A stretch of DNA of 33,451 bases from an uncultured Candidatus Saccharibacteria bacterium. GTDB taxonomy: Bacteria > Patescibacteriota > Doudnabacteria > UBA920. Below, one piece after another: positions 1 through 7,866 of the stretch. The stretch is from NCBI GenBank assembly GCA_964650345.1, contig CAZYSI010000005.1, positions 1 through 33,451 on the forward strand, given 5' to 3'. Position numbers and translations under genes: made by a program. How positions within the stretch are numbered: position 1 is the first letter of the stretch; every line of letters begins with the position of its first letter. The notes below the pieces were generated by a model. The model searched no databases, was not told where the DNA came from, and saw only the letters and a program-made list of their open reading frames with translations.

Positions 1-468
1 GTTGTCGGTGGCATAGCTTTGTACGTAACTCAAAATCGAGCTAATGCCCCAGAAACGAACAATAATACTAACACCGAAACACAAGCCGAAGAAGAAGAGT
101 TTGTTGGCGATGTTGTTGGAGACCCACAAACCACTGACTTTACCCCAACCAGCGCTACCGTAGCAGTTAGCACACAAACGCCAGGCAATTCCGTTACTGT
201 AGACAATGCTTTTCTCGACAAGGCTGGTTTTGTGGTCATACACGAAGCTACAGCTAATGGCCAACCTGGTAATGTAGTTGGTTCCAGCGGTCTTCTAAGT
301 GCTGGGGCTAAACAAGATTTGGAAATTAACGCTCCACTCAAAGCAGGGGCAAAGTATATTGCCATGCTCTACACCGATAACGGCGACAAAAAGTTTACCC
401 AAACCGCAGACGCGCCTGTAAAAGTTAATGATATTGCCTTGATGACTCTATTTTCCGTCAGCCAATAA
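1..468 (+). CDS. hypothetical surface/secreted protein, 5'-truncated by the window edge
   Basis: Frame 1 is open from base 1 (VVGGIALYV looks like the end of a TM helix), so the TTG at 19 is probably internal. An Asn/Thr/Glu-rich linker is followed by a ~100-aa beta-rich domain (FVVIHE...AMLYTDNGD). Stop TAA at 466-468 is followed by a hairpin terminator. Confidence 0.6.
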   Translation, partial: VVGGIALYVTQNRANAPETNNNTNTETQAEEEEFVGDVVGDPQTTDFTPTSATVAVSTQTPGNSVTVDNAFLDKAGFVVIHEATANGQPGNVVGSSGLLSAGAKQDLEINAPLKAGAKYIAMLYTDNGDKKFTQTADAPVKVNDIALMTLFSVSQ

Positions 469-481
469 CACTTAGCAACAT

Positions 482-505
482 AAAAACCGCTTTTAAGCGG
501 TTTTT
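482..505. terminator. bidirectional rho-independent terminator
   Basis: aaaaaccgc-ttttaa-gcggttttt: a GC stem flanked by an A-run and a T-run, between convergent genes ending at 468 and 504. Confidence 0.75.
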
Positions 506-881
506 ATTTTTGACGCAATATCGGTGCAGCGGCATGCAATTGTTTATCTAAACTTAGCCGATCAGGAAAAAGCAGTTCCACTATCTGTCTAAAACTCCTA
601 TCATGACGGTGAATTTTTAAATGCACTACTTCATGATGAACAACATATGCCACCAAACGCTCTGGTAAATACATTAACTTAGTGTTAATGGCAATAATCC
701 CCTGGCTATTGCAACTCCCCCATTGAGACTTCATTGGTTTAAGGCGCAAGCTCGTAGGCCTGACTCCAACGATTTTCTCCGATTCCAATTCACAACGCCT
801 AACCAATAAACGCAGTTCTTGCAAACTGCGTTTTTTCTCTAAGATATTTTTCGGTAAAATTTTAGTTTTTAACCCAAGCAT
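504..881 (-). CDS. short DUF45/YgjP-like (M48-type) zinc metallopeptidase-fold protein
   Basis: Has the WGSC motif (SQWGSCNSQG) followed by HEVVH (HExxH), as in YgjP/DUF45 proteins. At 125 aa it is only the C-terminal catalytic half of the usual ~230 aa. ATG 879-881 shares one base with the upstream TAA (TAATG). Confidence 0.75.
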   Translation of the reverse strand: MLGLKTKILPKNILEKKRSLQELRLLVRRCELESEKIVGVRPTSLRLKPMKSQWGSCNSQGIIAINTKLMYLPERLVAYVVHHEVVHLKIHRHDRSFRQIVELLFPDRLSLDKQLHAAAPILRQK

Positions 882-1231
882 TACGCTTTTTTAAACTTTA
901 CGGTAAACAGTGGTTCATATTTGTCACCAGCTTCATCGGTAACTTCCACAGTTTCGCCAGATACTAATTTATTGAGCGCTAAGTCTGAAAGCATTTCAAT
1001 GTCGTTTTTCACATGCATTTTGTAGGCATCAAGTTTTTGAAAATCCGCCATCTGGTCATTTTTTGTTTCGGTTTCAATTTGCTTTTTGCGCATTTTAAGA
1101 GCATCCAGTTTTTCAACTATTTCCTGGTACTCTTGATTAGCAATTAATGAGTCTTTATAAATTTTCCTGATCTCTTTCGCTTTATTGCGAGTTTCGCGTA
1201 TTCGATTAAAAACTTCTTGTAAGTCATTCAT
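881..1231 (-). CDS. hypothetical coiled-coil protein
   Basis: 116-aa ORF, Lys/Glu-rich with heptad-like N-terminal two thirds and a short beta-like C-terminus (ETVEVTDEAGDKYEPLFTVKF). ATG start, translationally coupled to the DUF45 gene. Confidence 0.6.
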   Translation of the reverse strand: MNDLQEVFNRIRETRNKAKEIRKIYKDSLIANQEYQEIVEKLDALKMRKKQIETETKNDQMADFQKLDAYKMHVKNDIEMLSDLALNKLVSGETVEVTDEAGDKYEPLFTVKFKKA

Positions 1232-1239
1232 AGAAATAT

Positions 1240-1248
1240 ATTATACCA
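1240..1248 (-). promoter_or_regulatory. extended -10 promoter (TGGTATAAT), 8 nt from ATG 1231; leaderless candidate
   Basis: The reverse complement of 1240-1248 reads TGGTATAAT. Only 8 nt (atatttct) separate it from the start codon and there is no SD. Confidence 0.5.
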
Positions 1249-1272
1249 TACCTACTTTAGCAAACTACGGTT

Positions 1273-1668
1273 CTAGTTTTTCTCAAAATTTAAAGCACAG
1301 GAATTTATGCAGTAGCGTTTCCCGCCTTTATCTACTGGTCCATCATCAAAAACATGCCCCAAATGCGAACCACAGCGCTTACAAACCACTTCGGTACGAA
1401 GCATTCCGTACTCGTTATCTTCTCGCAGTTCAACATGCTCTAAATTCATTGGATCGGTAAAGCTTGGCCAACCCGTGCCGGAGTCGAACTTAGTATTGGA
1501 ATCGAATAACTGCTGGCCGCAGGCTGCACAAGCATAAATTCCATCCTCATGGTTACCCACGTACTTACCAGTAAACGCTGGTTCTGTCCCTTTTTCCCGC
1601 AGCACTGCATACTGCTCTGGGGTTAAATCTTTTTTCCATTCTTCTTCGCTTTTTTCTATTTTATTCAT
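1273..1668 (-). CDS. msrB: peptide-methionine (R)-S-oxide reductase MsrB
   Basis: CxxC...CxxC zinc motifs (CAACGQ, CKRCGS), GTGWPSF and HLGHVFDDGP are classic SelR/MsrB signatures. I prefer the ATG at 1666-1668 (MNKIEKSEEEW) over the TTG at 1686. Confidence 0.93.
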   Translation of the reverse strand: MNKIEKSEEEWKKDLTPEQYAVLREKGTEPAFTGKYVGNHEDGIYACAACGQQLFDSNTKFDSGTGWPSFTDPMNLEHVELREDNEYGMLRTEVVCKRCGSHLGHVFDDGPVDKGGKRYCINSCALNFEKN

Positions 1669-1676
1669 ATACCTAA

Positions 1677-1685
1677 AGTATAACA
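1677..1685 (-). promoter_or_regulatory. extended -10 promoter (TGTTATACT), 8 nt from ATG 1668; leaderless candidate
   Basis: The reverse complement reads TGTTATACT, followed by ttaggtat and then ATG, with no SD. Confidence 0.45.
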
Positions 1686-1716
1686 AAAACCCCTAGGAAA
1701 ATACCTTGGGGTTTTT
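1685..1716. terminator. rho-independent terminator after the anti-sigma-like gene
   Basis: aaaaacccctagg-aaaata-ccttggggttttt (one A:A mismatch). On the minus strand the stem is followed by TTTTTGTT. It lies 8 nt downstream of the stop at 1724. Confidence 0.7.
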
Positions 1717-1723
1717 GTTAAAT

Positions 1724-3322
1724 TTAATTTCTGACGTTGGGTAGGACAACTGGTTCTGAAGCACCACCAGCGCCGCCTCCGCTGCTACCATTACCGCCGT
1801 CAGGTTCAACTGGCATCAGTATTGGTTCTGGGACGTAATCGCTGTTAAGAATGTCCTGCACCAGAGGCACAATTATGGTTGAGCGCCAGTAACCAGATTG
1901 CTGCCAATTCCGAATTGGAAATACCATTGACGGTACATACAATTCCCCGCCAGTAGCTGGGAAGGTTGTAGTGTTCATGTTTGGATCGCTATACCACATC
2001 TTTACCCACTTCACACTTGGAGTATCTAGTTGTAAAACAGTATTCTTTACATTTGGCTCAGTAGATGGATAGGTATAGTTACGGAAACCACCTCGTTCAG
2101 CTACTTCCACAATTTTTTGAGCATCGGTCACACCGGCGTAAGAAGAGCGTTCGAACTTCTTAGTAGTTAACTCGTACAGGCTAACTACCCGCTTAGTGCG
2201 AATGTCGTAAGTTAAGTTCAATCCATTTGGCTGCCCACCTTCATCGTACACAATTTCACCTTCCAACAGTAATGGGTAAACTACTTGAACCTGCTCAGGA
2301 AAATAATATCCCGCTTTCTGATCTGCTGGTAAAGCATCGTACATAATGCGCCAGTAGCTGTCTTGAACAATTGGAGATCCATAAGCTTGAGTGGAAATTC
2401 CATAGTCTGCTAAAAATTTGTTAGTGGCTTCAAACACTATATTGTTTGCGGGAATATCCTTTTCAGTTAAAGGAGGCATTTCCGGACAAACGTTAATTAA
2501 ACACTTATTTTGAGTAATCTGGGTAGCACGCTGCCAGTCTAAATTAATACTCACACTGCCATAAGTCATATCTACATTTACTGCGTAGCCATTAGGCTTG
2601 TCTTCCACAAAGGCAAAGTTCTGAATAATAACGTCGTTAAATTTATTCAAATCTACTAGACCAAAGCTAAGCATGCCCAAAATTCTTTCTACCAAGGTAG
2701 TAGACTGCTTCGGAGTAGCCCTTCTAAGTACAGATTGCCTAGACTGCAAACCAGTAATGTCTTTGCCAACATACTCAAAAGTATAATTTGTAATTGGGTA
2801 AGGCTCACCTGGGGCAATTAATTTCTGCTTACTAGACATAGCTTGGTCAGTACTAAATGCCCGCATAGCTGAATCTGCAGCATTGCCACCGCCAGTGCCA
2901 CTTTCGGCCTTATTTACAATTGCGACTTTATCGAGCTCGCCAAAAGATTCTTCCGCAGCTTCAGTAACTCCATACTCACCAGAAAGCAGTTGCCCAGCTT
3001 CACGAGAACTTTGGGTTTGGAACAATGGCTGATCAGTGCGGTTCTGGATGTACCAAAGACCCCCAGCGGCTAGGGCGATCATTACCACTAGTGCGGATGC
3101 TAAAATTTTATTCATGAAATTAGGGATTAATTTATTTTCAGACGCAGCGGTTTGCGCTGCTTTCGCTTGAATATCTTCGCGAAGCAAAGCAATGAATCGA
3201 TCGTCAACTGGTACATTGGGTTTAGCCTCTACCAAACGCTCAATTGTATGACGGATCGCGGGATCGGCTGGATCTAAACCGAGTTCCCGACAAATATATG
3301 AAAGTTGTTCGTTAGTGAGCAT
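1724..3322 (-). CDS. putative membrane-anchored anti-sigma factor with a large extracytoplasmic domain
   Basis: It overlaps the ECF sigma gene stop by 11 nt. It has a ~70-aa cytoplasmic N-terminus, one TM helix (ILASALVVMIALAAGGLWYI), a ~430-aa outside domain and a Gly/Ser-rich tail. The function is inferred from gene order and topology only. Confidence 0.55.
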   Translation of the reverse strand: MLTNEQLSYICRELGLDPADPAIRHTIERLVEAKPNVPVDDRFIALLREDIQAKAAQTAASENKLIPNFMNKILASALVVMIALAAGGLWYIQNRTDQPLFQTQSSREAGQLLSGEYGVTEAAEESFGELDKVAIVNKAESGTGGGNAADSAMRAFSTDQAMSSKQKLIAPGEPYPITNYTFEYVGKDITGLQSRQSVLRRATPKQSTTLVERILGMLSFGLVDLNKFNDVIIQNFAFVEDKPNGYAVNVDMTYGSVSINLDWQRATQITQNKCLINVCPEMPPLTEKDIPANNIVFEATNKFLADYGISTQAYGSPIVQDSYWRIMYDALPADQKAGYYFPEQVQVVYPLLLEGEIVYDEGGQPNGLNLTYDIRTKRVVSLYELTTKKFERSSYAGVTDAQKIVEVAERGGFRNYTYPSTEPNVKNTVLQLDTPSVKWVKMWYSDPNMNTTTFPATGGELYVPSMVFPIRNWQQSGYWRSTIIVPLVQDILNSDYVPEPILMPVEPDGGNGSSGGGAGGASEPVVLPNVRN

Positions 3323-3881
3323 AAATGTGAGTTAAGAATAAAGTTAGAATTAAAAGATGGGAGTGTTTTTGTAATTGCACAATTATTCTAGAAAATTGCA
3401 TTTTCAGACTACCTTCGGTTTTACCAGTAATAGCAGAAATTTCCGAGTAGGGCATTTCATCCCAAAGCCGCATACTCACTAATTCTTGTGCTTCTGCTGG
3501 CAGAGTCATGAGCAGTTTATGCAGTGCTTCATTCGTTAGCTTCTGCCCTGTCTCAGCTTCGACGTTCAAGTCACTTGCTAAGTCATAATGAGCGTCAATA
3601 TTATCTGTCGGTTTCTGCTTGCGGTACTCATCAATCAACAAGTTCCGGGCAATTCGGTATAGCCAAGCTTGAAAAGTGCCCTTGGATTCATCTACCGTAT
3701 GGATTTTATCCATGGCTTTAAAAAATACTTGACTGGTTAGGTCTTCGGCTAGGTCTTGATCAAACGTCCGAAAATAGAGAAACTTGTAAATTTTCTCAAC
3801 ATAACGGTCGTACAGATACACAAATGACTCCATTTGGCCAGCCTTGCAGTCAGCTATAATTTTAGATTCAGATATTTCCAC
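3312..3881 (-). CDS. RNA polymerase sigma factor, ECF (sigma-70 group 4) family
   Basis: Region 2 (DLAEDLTSQVFFKAM...FQAWLYRIARNLLIDEYRKQ) and region 4 (LPAEAQELVSMRLWDEMPYSEISAITGKTEGSLKMQFSR) are recognisable. The start is GTG at 3879-3881. Confidence 0.88.
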   Translation of the reverse strand: MEISESKIIADCKAGQMESFVYLYDRYVEKIYKFLYFRTFDQDLAEDLTSQVFFKAMDKIHTVDESKGTFQAWLYRIARNLLIDEYRKQKPTDNIDAHYDLASDLNVEAETGQKLTNEALHKLLMTLPAEAQELVSMRLWDEMPYSEISAITGKTEGSLKMQFSRIIVQLQKHSHLLILTLFLTHIYAH

Positions 3882-3887
3882 GTTTAA

Positions 3888-3896
3888 ATTGTATCA
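3888..3896 (-). promoter_or_regulatory. extended -10 promoter (TGATACAAT), 6 nt from GTG 3881
   Basis: The reverse complement reads TGATACAAT, then ttaaac, then GTG, with no SD. Confidence 0.4.
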
Positions 3897-3974
3897 CGGT
3901 TACAGCTATATATACGGGATTATGCAGAGAAAGTAACACTACTTTCTAAGTAGATTTTTACAAACACAAGCAAA

Positions 3975-4397
3975 CTATTTGTTTAAAAGAGTAGTTTTAT
4001 ACTTATGCGGTTTATGTGGTCTTAACCGAACGATTTTAGGATTAAGGCCCTTAGCCTTGAGGGCAGTTGCAAGCCCTCTTACGTAGGCGCTTTGGTCATA
4101 CCCTAAACCAATTACATCTGGTTTGAGGCGAACAATTGCTGGAATATGGTCACCGACTGCACCTAAAATTGCCTTGTCTACTCCAGGCGTAGCTTTAATT
4201 AGCGCTAGCCGCTGCTGCTCGGTACGGCGCGGTACGCGGCCCTTAATGCGAATTACGTTTTTGTCGCGTGCGATTGAGACTATTAAATATGCTTCGGTCC
4301 CTTTTTTAGCTAAGCTGCGCGCTTGGTCAAACATATGTAAATGCCCTGGGTGCACCATGTCAAAAGTACCAAAAATTAAGATGCGGGTTTTAGACAT
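3975..4397 (-). CDS. cytidylyltransferase-fold nucleotidyltransferase (RibL/TagD-like)
   Basis: Has the GTFDxxHxGH motif (FGTFDMVHPGHLHMF) and ARD..V...KGR.P...E.QR, as in archaeal-type FAD synthase RibL and glycerol-3-phosphate cytidylyltransferase. 140 aa. Confidence 0.75.
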   Translation of the reverse strand: MSKTRILIFGTFDMVHPGHLHMFDQARSLAKKGTEAYLIVSIARDKNVIRIKGRVPRRTEQQRLALIKATPGVDKAILGAVGDHIPAIVRLKPDVIGLGYDQSAYVRGLATALKAKGLNPKIVRLRPHKPHKYKTTLLNK

Positions 4398-4398
4398 A

Positions 4399-5832
4399 TT
4401 ACACTCCCTTGCTAAATAATGATTTCACAAACGCAATATCGTCTTTTTGAAAAAAACGAAGAACAAGCAAAGCCAAGCTGTATACTGCAACGCCAACCAA
4501 CACCGCTGCGATTAAATGCTTATCGCGAACAAACCAAACTGCAACCCCCATAATACAGCTAGCTAAAATTGGCTGCCATAAGATTGAGAAAAATTTAAAG
4601 TCTGTAATTTTCTTACGCACAAAGTAGAAGTAAAACAAGCCTTGGAGGAATTCAGAAACCAAAGTCATAATTGCAGCGCCAACAATTCCGACACGCGGTA
4701 ACAAAATAATATTACCAACTATATTAATTATTACATTGGCACCAGTAATGACTACAGCCCATTTAGTTAGCTGAGAAATTACCAAAGAGTTGACTACAAT
4801 ATATAAAAATAAAATTGATGGCGCCCATACTAAAATAGCCAGTATAGCAGCTGCATCGGTATATGCAGGACTAAGAATACCAATAATTGGTTTAGCCAAC
4901 AGCATGCCACCAACCCCGATTGGAAACGCCAGTGCTGCCATAAAGCGGAGATATCGCTCTAGGATTGCCCGGATATCTGTAATTTTACCCTCGGCCATGA
5001 GCGAAGCAAATAACGGGTACAAAGAGTGCGATACCACTGCTGGAAAGAAAGCTAATAAATCATAAAACTTATACGCTGCGCTATATAATCCAGTTTGGGC
5101 ATAACCCAAAAACTTGGTTATTAAAACCACATCAATTCGATTATAAACCGTGCTGAAACCAACAAGCATAGCAAATGGAAGCGCCGCTAAAAATAACCCC
5201 CGGATGAATTGCTTGTCTAGCGAACGAAAACCTTTCATAATCTCCGGTTTGCCAATATGCTTTTGAATAAAGTGATAATAAATAATTACTGCTAAGGTGG
5301 CATAAATAACTTGCTGCAACGTTAGCATTACAATTCCCCCACCAGACCAAATTGTAATGAAAATCAAAATTACATTAATTAGCGAGGCTAGAAAGTTTAA
5401 GAATGCAACCTTCTTAAGGTCATAGTGAACTGTCATTACCGCCAAGAATGGGTAGGTTAACCCATGTACAGCGACCCCTAAACCAGCCACAGCGATTGCC
5501 TTAAAGACCACTGGTTCGTAATTGTTGAATGCAGCAATCGCTAACATAGCACCGTACACAGCCGTAGCAAGAACAATTTCAACTGCTAAGAAGTTATGGA
5601 AATATTTTTTAGCCTGATTGCGGTCTTCACTACTCTTTTTAATAATATATTGCTGAATCCCGAAGTCTATAATTACTCCAAATAGCGTGGCGTAAGACAA
5701 CACGAACTGAAACTGACCGTAGCGATACGGACCCAGATAGTAAGTAAGTAAAATGTAAGCTAAAAATAATAGGACCAGAGAAATGATCCTTGAAATAGAC
5801 AGCCATAAAATATTTTTGGAAGGCGAAGACAT
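4399..5832 (-). CDS. polysaccharide/oligosaccharide flippase (MOP/Wzx-like)
   Basis: A polytopic membrane protein of about 14 TM segments with Wzx/MATE-like organisation, in a glycan locus. I prefer the ATG at 5830-5832 (MSSPSKNILWLS) over the upstream in-frame start at 5874. Confidence 0.75.
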   Translation of the reverse strand: MSSPSKNILWLSISRIISLVLLFLAYILLTYYLGPYRYGQFQFVLSYATLFGVIIDFGIQQYIIKKSSEDRNQAKKYFHNFLAVEIVLATAVYGAMLAIAAFNNYEPVVFKAIAVAGLGVAVHGLTYPFLAVMTVHYDLKKVAFLNFLASLINVILIFITIWSGGGIVMLTLQQVIYATLAVIIYYHFIQKHIGKPEIMKGFRSLDKQFIRGLFLAALPFAMLVGFSTVYNRIDVVLITKFLGYAQTGLYSAAYKFYDLLAFFPAVVSHSLYPLFASLMAEGKITDIRAILERYLRFMAALAFPIGVGGMLLAKPIIGILSPAYTDAAAILAILVWAPSILFLYIVVNSLVISQLTKWAVVITGANVIINIVGNIILLPRVGIVGAAIMTLVSEFLQGLFYFYFVRKKITDFKFFSILWQPILASCIMGVAVWFVRDKHLIAAVLVGVAVYSLALLVLRFFQKDDIAFVKSLFSKGV

Positions 5833-5841
5833 GATGCCAAT

Positions 5842-5850
5842 ATTGTAACA
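5842..5850 (-). promoter_or_regulatory. extended -10 promoter (TGTTACAAT), 9 nt from ATG 5832; leaderless candidate
   Basis: The reverse complement reads TGTTACAAT, then attggcatc, then ATG, with no SD. It lies immediately after the terminator hairpin at 5856-5872. Confidence 0.45.
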
Positions 5851-5851
5851 T

Positions 5852-5872
5852 AAAAGCCGGCCTAGGGCCGGC
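5852..5872 (-). terminator. rho-independent terminator after the 636-aa repeat-protein gene
   Basis: gccggcc-tag-ggccggc is a perfect 7-bp GC stem. On the minus strand it is followed by TTTTATGTT. Confidence 0.65.
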
Positions 5873-5888
5873 ATATGAAGGAGACAGG

Positions 5889-7763
5889 TTATTTAGTCAG
5901 TAATGAACCTTTGGGATAACTATCTACTTCTGCTTGTGGCAGCACTGCGACATCTTTAATTCCCCGCGCTACAAAAGCGTCGTAAGTCATCGGGAAAGCA
6001 AGGTTAGCGTTTAACAAATACACCTCAGCTTTTTTATCGCCTTTAAAAGCTGTGCCTTCTTTTGGCAACACAGGAGCTCCGTCTGGTAAATTCTTAATAG
6101 TGTCATCACCAAAACTAAAGTCTGGGGTTATGCCCTTTTGTTTGGCAACAAAAGCAGAAATAGCGCTTTTTTTACCGTCACGATAAACGTACAGTTGGCC
6201 AGATTTTTTGTCACTAAAGAAAGTGTTATTAGCAGGCAGCGGGAATGGCCCTAACTGCAAAGCATTCATTTCTGGGTCGGTTAATTCATATACAGTCTGG
6301 CCGGCAAAACCACGATTCCGATAAATTTCGCCATCCATTGGTTTCTTCTTACCATCTTCGTACAAATAGACTGTTGGGGAGTTGAAACTCTTAATTAAAC
6401 TACCAGCTTTCGGCAAAACCATGCCGTCTTTCTGATATTTATTTATTACGCTATCATCAACCACTTGAACACTATTATTTGCACCATATTGCAAGTAAGT
6501 GGCATAAGTGAATATTTTTAACTTACCTTCTGTTAATAAATACACTGCTGGGTTGGTTGCAGCTTTCAATACTGCACCATCTGAAATAGTAATCTCTGCT
6601 CCGGTAGTAAATTGGTCAGCCTCGGAAGCTGTCACAGAAATGGCATTAGAAGTTTTTAGACCACGATCTTTAATAGCCTGCTCGCTAATAGCCCGTTTTT
6701 GATTACTGGTAAACAAGAAATATTTTCCATCAACTTTAATTAACGTATTGTCTGGCACACCGTACAAACCTTTGTCGGGATAGTTATTGAAAGTTGATTT
6801 AGAAACTTTTTTAGCCTTCGATAGCTTTATATTATGCGCCTTGGCCACAAACGAGAGCAGTTTATAGCGGCCGCCGTTTTCTACTATATAAACATCACCT
6901 TTACTTGAACTCTTAATTAAGTTACCAGTAGCTTTGGAGTCGTTGTCGCTAGAGCTACCAGAACCAAACCAGAGTTTAAAGAAACGCCAGAAATTGTAAT
7001 TACCATTGAATACGTGCGGAGTGTAACGGTACAAAGCTGCGGTTGCAGAATTGGACAAAGTAATGCTCTGTTCAGCTTGTACGCCCTCGTAACCACCTAA
7101 AGTATTCCCCAATGTAATAGTGTCGCCGACCTTAGCAGCTCCGCCATTAAACCATGGACCACGGCCACCTGGAGTCTCAAATGACTTCATCAAAGATTTC
7201 GCTGCGCCCAGGTAACGATTATTTTCGGCATCAACACCGCCGAACAATTGGAAATAAAAACCTTTGTAAATTTCTCCGCAAGGCTGACTATCTGGACAAC
7301 CAAAACCCATAGAAAAATCTAAAGCTCGTTGCAGTTGCTCAGCAGTAGCATTTTGTCGGCCAGTAATTAAACTTTGCTCTTTATTTAACGTAACTAAAAT
7401 TACTTGGGGATTTAGCCCACTTGAGCGAGCGGCATCGTAAATTAACTCTGCTGCTGTTCGGTTAGTAGTAGAAGAGGCGCTAGGATCTTCTAATTTTTCC
7501 TTCAGAGCCTGATTATTTACCGGCTCTTTCAGTTGAGAAATAAATGAATTAGAAGTATTAGCTAGTACACTACCTTTGTTCTCCAAAAACTTTTGAATGT
7601 CACTGGCGGACATGGTTTTGGAATTAGAAAAAACTTTATCATCGATTAATTTATTTGGATTAAAACCAGACTGTACTGACTCAGCAGCAAAAGCAAAACT
7701 GCTACTAAACAAGCCGGAAAAAATTAAACTTATGACAATTAAATATGAAATTTGTTTTTTCAT
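5889..7763 (-). CDS. secreted protein: possible cell-wall-active N-terminal domain plus six ~57-aa repeats
   Basis: Signal peptide from the ATG at 7763 (MKKQISYLIVISLIFSGLFSSSFAFA). The N-terminal domain carries AAELIYDAARSSGLNPQVILVTLNKEQSLI and YTPHVFNGNYNFW, a family I recognise only as conserved hypothetical and possibly hydrolase-like. The C-terminal half is repetitive. Confidence 0.7.
   Translation of the reverse strand: MKKQISYLIVISLIFSGLFSSSFAFAAESVQSGFNPNKLIDDKVFSNSKTMSASDIQKFLENKGSVLANTSNSFISQLKEPVNNQALKEKLEDPSASSTTNRTAAELIYDAARSSGLNPQVILVTLNKEQSLITGRQNATAEQLQRALDFSMGFGCPDSQPCGEIYKGFYFQLFGGVDAENNRYLGAAKSLMKSFETPGGRGPWFNGGAAKVGDTITLGNTLGGYEGVQAEQSITLSNSATAALYRYTPHVFNGNYNFWRFFKLWFGSGSSSDNDSKATGNLIKSSSKGDVYIVENGGRYKLLSFVAKAHNIKLSKAKKVSKSTFNNYPDKGLYGVPDNTLIKVDGKYFLFTSNQKRAISEQAIKDRGLKTSNAISVTASEADQFTTGAEITISDGAVLKAATNPAVYLLTEGKLKIFTYATYLQYGANNSVQVVDDSVINKYQKDGMVLPKAGSLIKSFNSPTVYLYEDGKKKPMDGEIYRNRGFAGQTVYELTDPEMNALQLGPFPLPANNTFFSDKKSGQLYVYRDGKKSAISAFVAKQKGITPDFSFGDDTIKNLPDGAPVLPKEGTAFKGDKKAEVYLLNANLAFPMTYDAFVARGIKDVAVLPQAEVDSYPKGSLLTK
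5892..6926 (-). repeat. six tandem protein-level repeats (~57 aa; consensus G.L[IV]K.....P.VY[LI]...GK[KR]..I......[RK]GF)
   Basis: Repeat cores are GDVYIVENGGRYKL, DNTLIKVDGKYFLF, NPAVYLLTEGKLKI, SPTVYLYEDGKKKP, GQLYVYRDGKKSAI and AEVYLLNANLAFPM (residues ~292-636). Confidence 0.7.
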
Positions 7764-7866
7764 GAACGATTGTTTATTTCTTTTAAAGAATATTTGCACT
7801 AGTTCTTAAGTTTAGACGCTAGAACACACTTGTTATTACAGTATAAGATAATGAGATGAAAATCAA

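Noticed and set aside
1185-1460. 91-aa plus-strand ORF and other 60-110-aa antisense ORFs inside conserved genes (e.g. 30-365, 3524-3721, 4123-4419, 16216-16539, 28299-28715, 29436-29744)
   Set aside because: They lie entirely antisense to confidently identified or longer coding frames and lack initiation signals, so they are treated as shadow ORFs.
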